DNA of 11,257 bases from Promethearchaeota archaeon Loki_b31 (GTDB taxonomy: Archaea > Asgardarchaeota > Lokiarchaeia > Sigyniarchaeales > SOKP01): NCBI GenBank assembly GCA_005222975.1, contig NJBI01000084.1:1-11257 (forward strand). Reading direction: 5' to 3'. Within the stretch, counting starts at the first letter, position 1; each line of letters begins with the position of its first letter. The notes under the pieces are model-generated. The model was given only the letters and a program-made list of their open reading frames with translations. It searched no databases and was not told the origin of the DNA. Of this stretch, positions 1-7,690 are shown piece after piece. Made by a program: the position numbers and the translations under genes.

Positions 1-382
1 TCAGTTCTTTAAAGTAAAAATATAGAAAGGCTACCAGAAAAGGTGAAAGAATAACAATAAAGATCCATGTATCTTCCACGAGATCAAGAATAATACCGCC
101 GCCGATTACAACAAAAAGCGCTAAAATATGCCAAAAAATTTGGAGTTCTACCGCTAATTTTGCAGTATCCCAATTTTTTCTTAGATACGCGATTAAGGAA
201 GTTGAGCCATATGTCATTAAAGAAACACCAAGCATTCTTCCTACTATGGGATCATCAAAAGGCCAAGCTACAAATTCTATGTACCACTCGGTGAAAAAGA
301 GGTATGTTATGCCGTAAATATAACCTACAATGAATTCTAAAATAAATAAAATCTTTAATCCTTTTGATATTTCATTAACCAT
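1..382 (-). CDS. Hypothetical multi-pass (~4 TM) membrane protein, 3'-partial (runs off the left edge)
   Basis: Manual translation from ATG at 382: MVNEISKGLKILFILEFIVGYIYGITYLFFTEWYIEFVAWPFDDPIVGRMLGVSLMTYGSTSLIAYLRKNWDTAKLAVELQIFWHILALFVVIGGGIILDLVEDTWIFIVILSPFLVAFLYFYFKEL. It has 127 codons with no stop and four hydrophobic segments. It is absent from the ORF track, presumably because it has no stop in the window. Confidence 0.85.
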   Translation of the reverse strand, partial: MVNEISKGLKILFILEFIVGYIYGITYLFFTEWYIEFVAWPFDDPIVGRMLGVSLMTYGSTSLIAYLRKNWDTAKLAVELQIFWHILALFVVIGGGIILDLVEDTWIFIVILSPFLVAFLYFYFKEL

Positions 383-582
383 TATTATCTACACTCTTAT
401 TGAGATTTTTAATTTAATTTGATTTGGTTTGATCACTCGGTGAAAAAGAGGTATGTTACGCCATAAATATTAGCTACAATGAATTCTAAAATAAATAAAA
501 TCTTTAATCCTTTTGATATTTCATTAACCATTATTATCTACACTCTTATTGAGATTTTTAATTTAATTTGATTTGGTTTGAT
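285..582. repeat. 149-bp tandem direct duplication (285-433 and 434-582), 145/149 identical
   Basis: Both copies start cactcggtgaaaaagaggtatgtta and end aatttgatttggtttgat. The four mismatches are at 310/459, 314/463, 322/471 and 324/473. Confidence 0.95.
433..531 (-). pseudogene. Truncated 32-aa duplicate of the membrane protein N-terminus
   Basis: ATG at 531 gives MVNEISKGLKILFILEFIVANIYGVTYLFFTE, then a TGA created by the duplication junction (433-435). Confidence 0.65.
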
Positions 583-601
583 TGAAATTTATGTGAATAA
601 T

Positions 602-609
602 TATATAAA
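602..609 (-). promoter_or_regulatory. Candidate archaeal TATA box (TTTATATA) for the membrane protein gene
   Basis: Minus-strand TTTATATA lies just outside the duplicated unit. The AT-rich background makes this weak. Confidence 0.3.
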
Positions 610-646
610 GATTTACAGTTTTGTTAAAAATATCGAAAATTCTCTC

Positions 647-1994
647 TTATAGATCATTTATTTCAAAATCTCTTATAATTCGAATTAATTTATTTGAAGT
701 AGGATTTCTTATTGGTTTCTCAAAAATAACTTTTATATCAGGTTCAATACACTTATAGGAAGCAAACACATTTTTTACATTTCTTGAAATGCTATTAATT
801 ATTTGCTCTTTATCAATATTTTCAGCTTTAAGATAAATCCTAATTAAAATTGTTGTGTAATCTTTTTGAATTGCTTGATACTCTTCAATCTCATCTGAAC
901 TGGTAATAATGGCTCTTCGGATGTAATCAGGAAAAATACATTGCAACTCATCACAATCGATTCGCTGAGCCCAATATAAATCGTCAGTTCTACCTAAAAT
1001 TTTTTCAATTACTCTAAATGAAGAACCACATCTACATGAAGAATCTGATATTAAAATACTGTCATCTAATTCAAATCTTATAATAGGTTGTGATCGTTTG
1101 TTTAGATCCGTGATAATAATTTTATGTGGGTTCTCCTGGTTGTGTTAATTGTCCATCAAAACCTACAGTTTGAACATATATAAGATCCTCGTTTAGGTGC
1201 AGGCTAGCATATTTACATGACATAGCAATTGGCCCTTCACTACATTGATAAATTTGATGAACTTTTACACCAAAAATTTGTTCTAGTTCATCCTTAACAT
1301 CAGGAGAAAGTACTTCCGCGTAAGATACTATCCTTTTAGGTTTGATATTTAATCGGCTTGCATTCACCTCTTTAGCTAAAATTTGAAGCATAGAAGGTGG
1401 AGCAGATAAAATATTAGGATTTAATTCCTCCAACTGATCTTTAATATTTTCAAGAGTATTTAATTGGCTAATGTAAGTTAATCTCTGTCCAAATTTGCTC
1501 ACATTAAATGCGGGAGTAGAAATCCGAAGAATAAAAGCCCATTTTATTTTTAAAACCCTTGGAAGAGGAAATCGTGCAAAAAGTGCAGCTTGAAGATATT
1601 TCTCTTCTTGTGGACTGGTTATCACAATTCCTTTGTTCCCACTTGTACCTGAGGACATAGCGAGGTTATATCCATAAAATCGTTTATTATAGCTTTGGGT
1701 TTTTTCAATTTCTAAACAAAAATTAAGCATATCATGTTTAGTAAATCCAAGAGTGTTATAATCAGATAAGTTTTCCATCATCAGTTTCTTATTTGTAATA
1801 GGAAGAGACCATACATCTTTTAGATTAAATCCTCTAAAATGTTTATGAAAGTACTTTGAATTATTATATGCAAAATTTACAAGTGCTTGTGCCTTTTTTA
1901 GTTGGTAAATCTCCAATTTTTCCTTATTCATGAATTTGAATCTCCACTTACACGCTAAGAAAAAATTCAGAAAAGAATCTGTTTCGAGCCTCAT
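647..1994 (-). pseudogene. Phenylacetate-CoA ligase (PaaK)-like / F390-synthetase-related adenylate-forming enzyme, split by one frameshift near 1127 (about 448 aa if repaired)
   Basis: ORF 1122-1994 carries the P-loop MSSGTSGNKG, plus SYAEVL and HQIYQCSEG. The +1 frame from 1126 reads HKIIITDLNKRSQPIIRFELDD...CRCGSSFRVIEKILGRTDD and runs straight into ORF 647-946. These are the expected C-terminal motifs of the family. Confidence 0.85.
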
Positions 1995-2006
1995 CTCGGA
2001 TTCCGT

Positions 2007-2037
2007 TTTATATATGGTTAATATTTATATATGGTTA
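2007..2037 (-). promoter_or_regulatory. 14-bp direct repeat (tttatatatggtta x2, period 17), each copy with a minus-strand TATATAAA box upstream of the adenylate-forming gene
   Basis: Exact copies at 2007-2020 and 2024-2037. The TATATAAA at 2031-2024 is 30-37 nt upstream of the ATG at 1994. Confidence 0.45.
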
Positions 2038-2293
2038 TATAAGACAATGTAAAATATAAAATCATTATTCTTGAAGAAGAAAAAAATATATTACATCCCT
2101 AAAGAGTAAAAGTTGAGCTGGGCTATATGGTATTTTAAATTAAGTATGTAATAAAACTTTAAAAAAAGAAATATTTTTTCTGACAATGTTTTGTCTCTAT
2201 TTATAGAATTTAGCTATACAAAAAAGAAATTTATCAAATAGCATATTTTTGCTTCTTATAGTGAAAATTATATCTTTTGTACTATAATAAAAG

Positions 2294-2303
2294 TATATAT
2301 AAA
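2294..2303 (+). promoter_or_regulatory. Candidate TATA box (TATATATAAA) for the Hdr-like fusion gene
   Basis: Preceded by a purine run (aaaag) and about 50 nt upstream of the ATG at 2352. The background is AT-rich. Confidence 0.3.
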
Positions 2304-2351
2304 TTTCTGTAAATTATATTTAACAAGATTAAAGACTGAAAAGTAATTAAT

Positions 2352-5105
2352 ATGACTGAATCTAAAGAAACAAAAAGTGTTAAAAAAGAAAGGTCTAAAA
2401 TTTATAGTGAAATCATTAATAAAGTAATAGCTAACGCTAATTATTGTTACGATTGTAATCGTTGTGTTAACGTATGTCCTACAAGTTTTTTAGGTACATT
2501 TTTTCCAAGAAAATTGATTACTGATTTGACTTTCCTACCGCTAGAGGAAGCGTTAGAAAACAATAATATTTGGAACTGCTTGACTTGTGGGCAATGCATG
2601 GAGTATTGTCCTATGTTTAAGGATAATACTGGTGTAGATTTTGTAGAAATCATTAAAAGTCTCCGCACACTTACTTCCGAATCTGAAGTTTTACAGACGG
2701 AACAACTTGAATGTCATCACGATAGAGTATATTCAAGTTTACCTCAATTAATGGCAAATGACAATGTTAGTATCGATAACAAACTCGGGTTTTTAGATTA
2801 CACTAATTTAAAATTTACAGACAAAGGGGAAATCGCCTATTTTATGGGGTGCCTTCCTTTTATGAATTCCATTCCTCCGTGTTCTAATGCGTGTCCCGCA
2901 GGAGTTGATGTTCAAGGTTATATCTCATTAATTTCGGAAGGTAAATTTCAAGAAGCTATTGATTTAATTAGGGAAAGCAACCCTTTTCCTATGATATGTG
3001 CGCGAGTTTGTACGGAGCCTTGTGCGCTTGAATGTAATCGTAAAGATATCGATGAAGCTCTTGGTATTCGATCCTTAAAGAGATTCATCGCAGATTGGGA
3101 ATTAAACAACAAAGCAAAATCCAATATTAAACCAGTTAAGCAATTTAAGGACAAAATAGCGATAATAGGTGCTGGTCCCGGAGGGTTATCCGCAGCTTAC
3201 TTTTTAGCGAGACAAGGTTATAAACCTACTGTGTTTGAAGCAGAAATCTATAAAGGAGGGACTTTACGATCTGGGATTCCAAGATATCGTTTACCTGCCT
3301 ACATTTTAGATTATGAAATTGACTTTATCGAAAAAATGGGAGTTGAAATAAAATTAAATACTCCCATAGGACCTAAATTATCTTTTGAAAATTTAGAAAA
3401 ACAGGGCTATAAAGCCTTTTTTATCTCGATAGGGCAGCAGACTTGTTTAGGGCTCAAAATGGAAGGAGAGAACCTTAAGAACGTTTTATGCGGTCTAAAT
3501 TTTCTCAAAGATAAAAATTTAACAAAAAAACAATTTGATTTCAAAGATAAAATTATAGGCGTAGTAGGTGGAGGAAATGTTGCTATGGATTCTGCAAGAA
3601 CTGCTTTAAGATTAGGTGCTAAGAAAGTTGTAGTGATTTATCGTCGTTCTGAAAAGGAAATGCCCGCTCAAGAAGAAGAAATTGAAATGGCAAAGGAAGA
3701 AAATGTTGAGTTTCAATTTTTAACAAATCCAACAAAAGCAATCGGAGATCAAGAAGGAATTCTTAAAGAAATAGAATGTATTCGGATGGAGCTTGGTGAA
3801 CTAGATAAATCTGGTCGGAGAAGACCAATTCCTATAGAAGGATCAGAGTTTAAAATGAACCTTGATTTTCTGCTACTTGCTATTGGACAAGGTACAGAAT
3901 TAACGCTTTTAGAAGCTGCTCATGGCCAATTAGAAATAGATCGGTGGGGGAGAATTATAACGGACGAATTAACAATGCAAACTAATGTTCCTAACATTTT
4001 TGCAGGGGGAGATGTAATCCCAGGCGAAGGAATAGCTGTTAGAGCCATAGGAAATGGAAATAATGCAGCGATTTCTATTGATAAATATCTTAGAGGCGTT
4101 GATTTAAAGAAAAATAGAGTCATTAGAAAGTATTCTAAACTTGCTCCGATACCTAAAAAAGAAGCCAGTAAAATGCCCAAAGAATGTATAGACTTGTTGC
4201 CTATACAAGAAAGATTAAGAAGCTTTAATGAGGTCGAATTACCTCTCACGGAAGAAAGTGCAATCAAGGAAGCAAGTCGGTGTTTAAATTGCAATATTTG
4301 TTGTAGTACAGATCAAAAATTAGATGTTTATGTAAATTCATGCGATGAATCTAATGTTCAAGATTGTAGTTATGGTATACAACCCGTTGTTCCTTACTAT
4401 AACGCGTTGGATTTCCTTAAGATTCCAAGAGTAGTTATAGGTCTTTTAAACCAAAAAGAAATAGTGCCTGTAGTTCTTTCAAACGAAAAATGTTGTGGAC
4501 ACGATAGTTTATGGCAAGGAGATATTGATACATTTGAAAAGTTAGCAAGACACAATGTTCAGTTATTCAACGATGCTGGAGTAAAAACATTAATACTTAG
4601 TTGTGCTGAGGGTTATCATACATGGAAATACGAGTATCCAAAATTATTTAAAGGAACTGATGAGTTTAACTTTGAGATTTATCATGTAACAGAGTACATC
4701 CTAAAGGAACACTTAATAGACGATGTTAAATTCCCAATTTCTGAAAAAATTAGAGTTACATATCACGACGCATGTAGATTAGGACGATTGGGTAATGTTT
4801 ACGATGCACCCCGCGAAGTATTAAATAAGATTCCATTCATTGAACTAATTGAGATGGAGAGTAATAAAAAAGACGCTTTATGTTGTGGAGTTTCTGCTTA
4901 CATAAGTTGTAATGAGTACTCAAGAGAGATTCAAGCTACCCGTATTAAAGAGGCGATCGATACTGGTGCCGAATATCTAATTGTTAGTTGCCCCAAGTGT
5001 TTAGCCCACTTTAATTGTTATTTGAACGAAGAAAAAGAATTAAAAAACAAAATTAAAGTCGTGGATCTAACAAGCTTTATTGGTAAACTCTTGTTTCTCA
5101 ACTAA
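2352..5105 (+). CDS. Heterodisulfide-reductase-like (HdrC + 2 CCG domains, HdrD-type) protein with an inserted GltD/NfnB-like FAD/NADPH oxidoreductase module
   Basis: HdrC-type motifs CYDCNRCVNVCP and WNCLTCGQCMEYCP. CCG start YFMGC (C167). GltD-like motifs PPCSNACP, CARVCTEPCALEC, GAGPGG, GIPRYRLP, GGGNVAMD, YRR and EASRCLNC. CCG motifs EKCCGH...SCAEG and YHDAC...CCG...SCPKC. Confidence 0.9.
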   Translation: MTESKETKSVKKERSKIYSEIINKVIANANYCYDCNRCVNVCPTSFLGTFFPRKLITDLTFLPLEEALENNNIWNCLTCGQCMEYCPMFKDNTGVDFVEIIKSLRTLTSESEVLQTEQLECHHDRVYSSLPQLMANDNVSIDNKLGFLDYTNLKFTDKGEIAYFMGCLPFMNSIPPCSNACPAGVDVQGYISLISEGKFQEAIDLIRESNPFPMICARVCTEPCALECNRKDIDEALGIRSLKRFIADWELNNKAKSNIKPVKQFKDKIAIIGAGPGGLSAAYFLARQGYKPTVFEAEIYKGGTLRSGIPRYRLPAYILDYEIDFIEKMGVEIKLNTPIGPKLSFENLEKQGYKAFFISIGQQTCLGLKMEGENLKNVLCGLNFLKDKNLTKKQFDFKDKIIGVVGGGNVAMDSARTALRLGAKKVVVIYRRSEKEMPAQEEEIEMAKEENVEFQFLTNPTKAIGDQEGILKEIECIRMELGELDKSGRRRPIPIEGSEFKMNLDFLLLAIGQGTELTLLEAAHGQLEIDRWGRIITDELTMQTNVPNIFAGGDVIPGEGIAVRAIGNGNNAAISIDKYLRGVDLKKNRVIRKYSKLAPIPKKEASKMPKECIDLLPIQERLRSFNEVELPLTEESAIKEASRCLNCNICCSTDQKLDVYVNSCDESNVQDCSYGIQPVVPYYNALDFLKIPRVVIGLLNQKEIVPVVLSNEKCCGHDSLWQGDIDTFEKLARHNVQLFNDAGVKTLILSCAEGYHTWKYEYPKLFKGTDEFNFEIYHVTEYILKEHLIDDVKFPISEKIRVTYHDACRLGRLGNVYDAPREVLNKIPFIELIEMESNKKDALCCGVSAYISCNEYSREIQATRIKEAIDTGAEYLIVSCPKCLAHFNCYLNEEKELKNKIKVVDLTSFIGKLLFLN

Positions 5106-5194
5106 TTGATATTTTTAATATAATTTAGGACAAATTCTCGCTTGTCTATAATCCTTTTGTTCCCAAAGTTTTATCAGCAAATCCTAAATACATT

Positions 5195-5205
5195 AAAAAA
5201 AAAAA
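5195..5205 (-). terminator. Oligo-T (T11 on minus strand) archaeal-type terminator candidate
   Basis: An A11 run about 35 nt beyond the stop of the minus-strand mtd-like gene, in a gap between convergent genes. Confidence 0.45.
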
Positions 5206-5240
5206 GAAATTAGTTTATTTTATAAAAACAAAAATACTTT

Positions 5241-6902
5241 TTAAACTAAGATTTTTATTTCCTCGCCGAATACTATCTTATTAGCAATTTCAAAAGCGAT
5301 ATTGTAATCAAAGACTTTTTTACCTTTTGTCTTTAAAGCTTTCTTAAAGATTTCCCTCTCAATTTTGTATTTTAATCGTCCTATGTTAAGAGCACCTATC
5401 GCATAAATACCAGGATAGAACTCCGTATTATAATAGTCTGGTTTCATTCCTTCTATTCCATAGGGAGGAACCAAATTAATATCTACGACAATTTTATTTG
5501 GAGGAAGTTGGTTCATTAATTTTTTTGAGATCATTTGGACTCCTGCTTTACCAACAGACCATATTATATCTGCGTCCCTCACTATTTTCAGATATTGTTC
5601 ATCTGAATTTGCTGGCTCTCCTATAATCTTAGTGGCACCTCTTCCTGCCTTCTTAGTCAAATCTTTTGCCAATTCTTTTACGAATTGTTCTCTTCTTGAA
5701 GTAATGACTACTTTTGCTTTAAGTTTTGAAGCAATTAGAGCGGAAATTTGCCCTACAGGGCCAGTTCCTCCTAAACAAATTATCTTTTTACCTGATAAAT
5801 CTGAAAATCCATGTTTTCTTGCAACCTCTAGTGTTTTTGCAACTATTGCTGAAGCTGTTGTATGAGAACCACGTGGATCTATAATTACAGGAGATTCAAA
5901 TGGAGGAATAATTGTTTTCAAAACTTCCTCCGCAATTTTTTCACTTTCTATAACATCAGAACCACCAACAAAATAAACTGAAGAAGCTCCCGCTTTTCGA
6001 GAGAACATAGCATCTTGAACTAGCCTTGAGACGCTGTCTGCTTTCATTCTAGAATATGGTATTACTATATCAAATCCCGCATCATAGCCCATATTTGTAT
6101 CAAAAGGAGAACAATACTCATCCGTATCAAAAAAGTATAAAATTCTTTCTTCTTTTTCTTTTTTTATAACTTTTATAGGCATTATTTCAAGTATAGATCT
6201 ATTCAATAAGTCATTAATCGATGTTTCTTCATCAGGATATTCTGTAACTTTCTTAAGATTAATTATTTCAATTCCTATATCCAATTCTTTAGCTAAAAAT
6301 GTGATGCCATCAAAATGACTTTTATCAGTAATAAAAAATGCTTTTAATTGGTTTTTTTCTTGTTTTTTGGCTAATTCTAAGATAGTCATCATCATCCAAG
6401 CTTCACGGACTTTATATCTTATTTCATCTTCTTGTGCTTTGAAATCATCTTTTAATAATTGTTTCCAAATAATTAACTGTTGAAAATTAGGATCGTTATA
6501 ATGTACACGACCCATTTTTTTATAACTTTCAATCTCTTCTGTGATTTTTTTTATAAAACCTTTCTTATCCATTAGTGGTGCTGAAATTACATTTAATGCA
6601 TAATCCGGAATATCCACAAATTCATATGGGATATCTGCATTTAGAAAAATCGCTCCAAATTCATCATCAATAGATGGTTCTTCACTTGAACGCATTCCTT
6701 TATCTTCTACTACGAAATTAGGGCGGTATTTGTTCACTAAATCTTTAATAAATTCTATGTACGCCCTAGAAACAAAAAATAAATTACCCAGTATTCCTTC
6801 TTCTTTTGGTAATTCTAAAGCCCAATCTATCCTAAATTCACTCTCAACTAATATTAATTTAAGTTTTTTTTCTTTTAATCGTTTTAATTCTAAAACTTGC
6901 AT
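5241..6902 (-). CDS. NAD(P)-dependent methylene-H4MPT (or -H4F) dehydrogenase, MtdA/MtdB family, with an additional ~215-aa N-terminal domain
   Basis: The C-terminal ~300 aa (5241-~6150) has SPFDTNMGYDAGFD..IPY, VQDAMFSR, PPFESPVIIDPRGSHTTA, the Rossmann motif GGTGPVG and DINLVPPYGIEG. The start is placed at ATG 6902 (MQVLE) because GGAGG lies 10 nt upstream and it aligns with the paralog's MEVLE. The alternative ATG 6911 overlaps the upstream stop (ATGA). Confidence 0.88.
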   Translation of the reverse strand: MQVLELKRLKEKKLKLILVESEFRIDWALELPKEEGILGNLFFVSRAYIEFIKDLVNKYRPNFVVEDKGMRSSEEPSIDDEFGAIFLNADIPYEFVDIPDYALNVISAPLMDKKGFIKKITEEIESYKKMGRVHYNDPNFQQLIIWKQLLKDDFKAQEDEIRYKVREAWMMMTILELAKKQEKNQLKAFFITDKSHFDGITFLAKELDIGIEIINLKKVTEYPDEETSINDLLNRSILEIMPIKVIKKEKEERILYFFDTDEYCSPFDTNMGYDAGFDIVIPYSRMKADSVSRLVQDAMFSRKAGASSVYFVGGSDVIESEKIAEEVLKTIIPPFESPVIIDPRGSHTTASAIVAKTLEVARKHGFSDLSGKKIICLGGTGPVGQISALIASKLKAKVVITSRREQFVKELAKDLTKKAGRGATKIIGEPANSDEQYLKIVRDADIIWSVGKAGVQMISKKLMNQLPPNKIVVDINLVPPYGIEGMKPDYYNTEFYPGIYAIGALNIGRLKYKIEREIFKKALKTKGKKVFDYNIAFEIANKIVFGEEIKILV

Positions 6903-6907
6903 TATTT

Positions 6908-7537
6908 TCATCCCTCCTTTAACATTACGATTGATTTTAATTTCTCTTCTCGAATATCATATTTTATGACTTTGATATTATATTCTTCAAATAATTTTTT
7001 CAGTTCAGAAATTAAATCTTCATGAGCAAAATGGATTATAGATAAATTATCATTTTTGATGTTATTTACAACATCTAATATTTTTTTTACAATCCATTTT
7101 GGTTTTATGGTATATTCTAATAAGTTTTTAGTATATTCCACTTTATCTTTTAACAAATATATCCAAGAGTTTAAGCTCTGAGCTTTAAATGTGTCTTTTT
7201 TATTATTCAAAAGAAGTTTTTCATATTCTTGCTCTAATTCTTCTATCTGTACTTCCAAGTCTAAAAGCTCAACATAAAAATAAGATTTAATACTTTCAGG
7301 GATTTCAACTTCGTAATAAGGCAAATGGAATTTCTCTATAAACTCTGATAAAGGAGTTTGATAATATTTTTTAACATCGGGATCGTTAAAATCAACAATT
7401 GCAAACTTAAATTTTTCTGCTTCTATGATTTTTTCTAAATTACTATTATGTAAACTTAATAAATCTCTGTCTTCTCTTCTTATTAAATAGATATTAACCG
7501 TTTTATTTTTTATAGGATGAAACTCTAAAACTTCCAT
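6908..7537 (-). CDS. Hypothetical protein (209 aa), stand-alone paralog of the N-terminal domain of the downstream Mtd fusion
   Basis: Long ORF abutting the next gene, with collinear similarity by eye: MEVLE/MQVLE, LPYYEVEIPE/IPYEFVDIPD and QSLNSWIYLLKD/QQLIIWKQLLKD. Confidence 0.85.
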   Translation of the reverse strand: MEVLEFHPIKNKTVNIYLIRREDRDLLSLHNSNLEKIIEAEKFKFAIVDFNDPDVKKYYQTPLSEFIEKFHLPYYEVEIPESIKSYFYVELLDLEVQIEELEQEYEKLLLNNKKDTFKAQSLNSWIYLLKDKVEYTKNLLEYTIKPKWIVKKILDVVNNIKNDNLSIIHFAHEDLISELKKLFEEYNIKVIKYDIREEKLKSIVMLKEG

Positions 7538-7654
7538 TGAATTAACGCATTAATAATTAATTTAATTTCTTTTACTATAGAACAATTTTAGACAGAAATA
7601 TTATAAATATTCGGATAAACATATTTTTATCTCATTTGACAAGAATAATTGTTA

Positions 7655-7690
7655 TTATCAAAAATAAAATTATCATAATTTTTCTTATCA
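7655..7690. promoter_or_regulatory. Candidate operator in the divergent intergenic region: TTATCA x3 at 15-bp period, with an 8-1-8 palindrome
   Basis: TTATCA at 7655, 7670 and 7685. AAAATTAT-C-ATAATTTT at 7666-7682. Confidence 0.3.

Noticed and set aside
285-582. Repeat pair as a DGR template/variable region or a CRISPR array
   Set aside because: The mismatches are not adenine-specific on either strand, there is no reverse transcriptase in the window, and there are only two long adjacent copies with no spacers.
647-946. 99-aa ORF as an independent gene
   Set aside because: Its frame stays open upstream to ~1126 with conserved family motifs, so it is the C-terminus of the frameshifted gene.
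1122-1124. Selenocysteine or pyrrolysine readthrough explaining the split gene
   Set aside because: The stop is TAA and the continuation is in a different frame. The redox genes have no internal TGA.
3081-3101. 20/21-nt match to 10590-10610, and similarity of ~3568-3728 to ~11097-11257
   Set aside because: Explained by conserved paralogous protein motifs (RFIADWE; GGGNV...YRR), not a DNA repeat element.
2447-4294. Minus-strand ORFs 2447-2668, 2948-3154 and 3920-4294
   Set aside because: Antisense shadows of a motif-rich gene, with no recognisable features.
5123-5189. 8-bp inverted repeat atttagga...tcctaaat and small gacaa/ttgtc hairpin as a MITE, ncRNA or SECIS
   Set aside because: The stems are too short and AT-rich, there is no clear target-site duplication, and no Sec codon needs explaining.
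5632-6969. Plus-strand ORFs 5632-5865 and 6730-6969
   Set aside because: Antisense shadows of the mtd operon.
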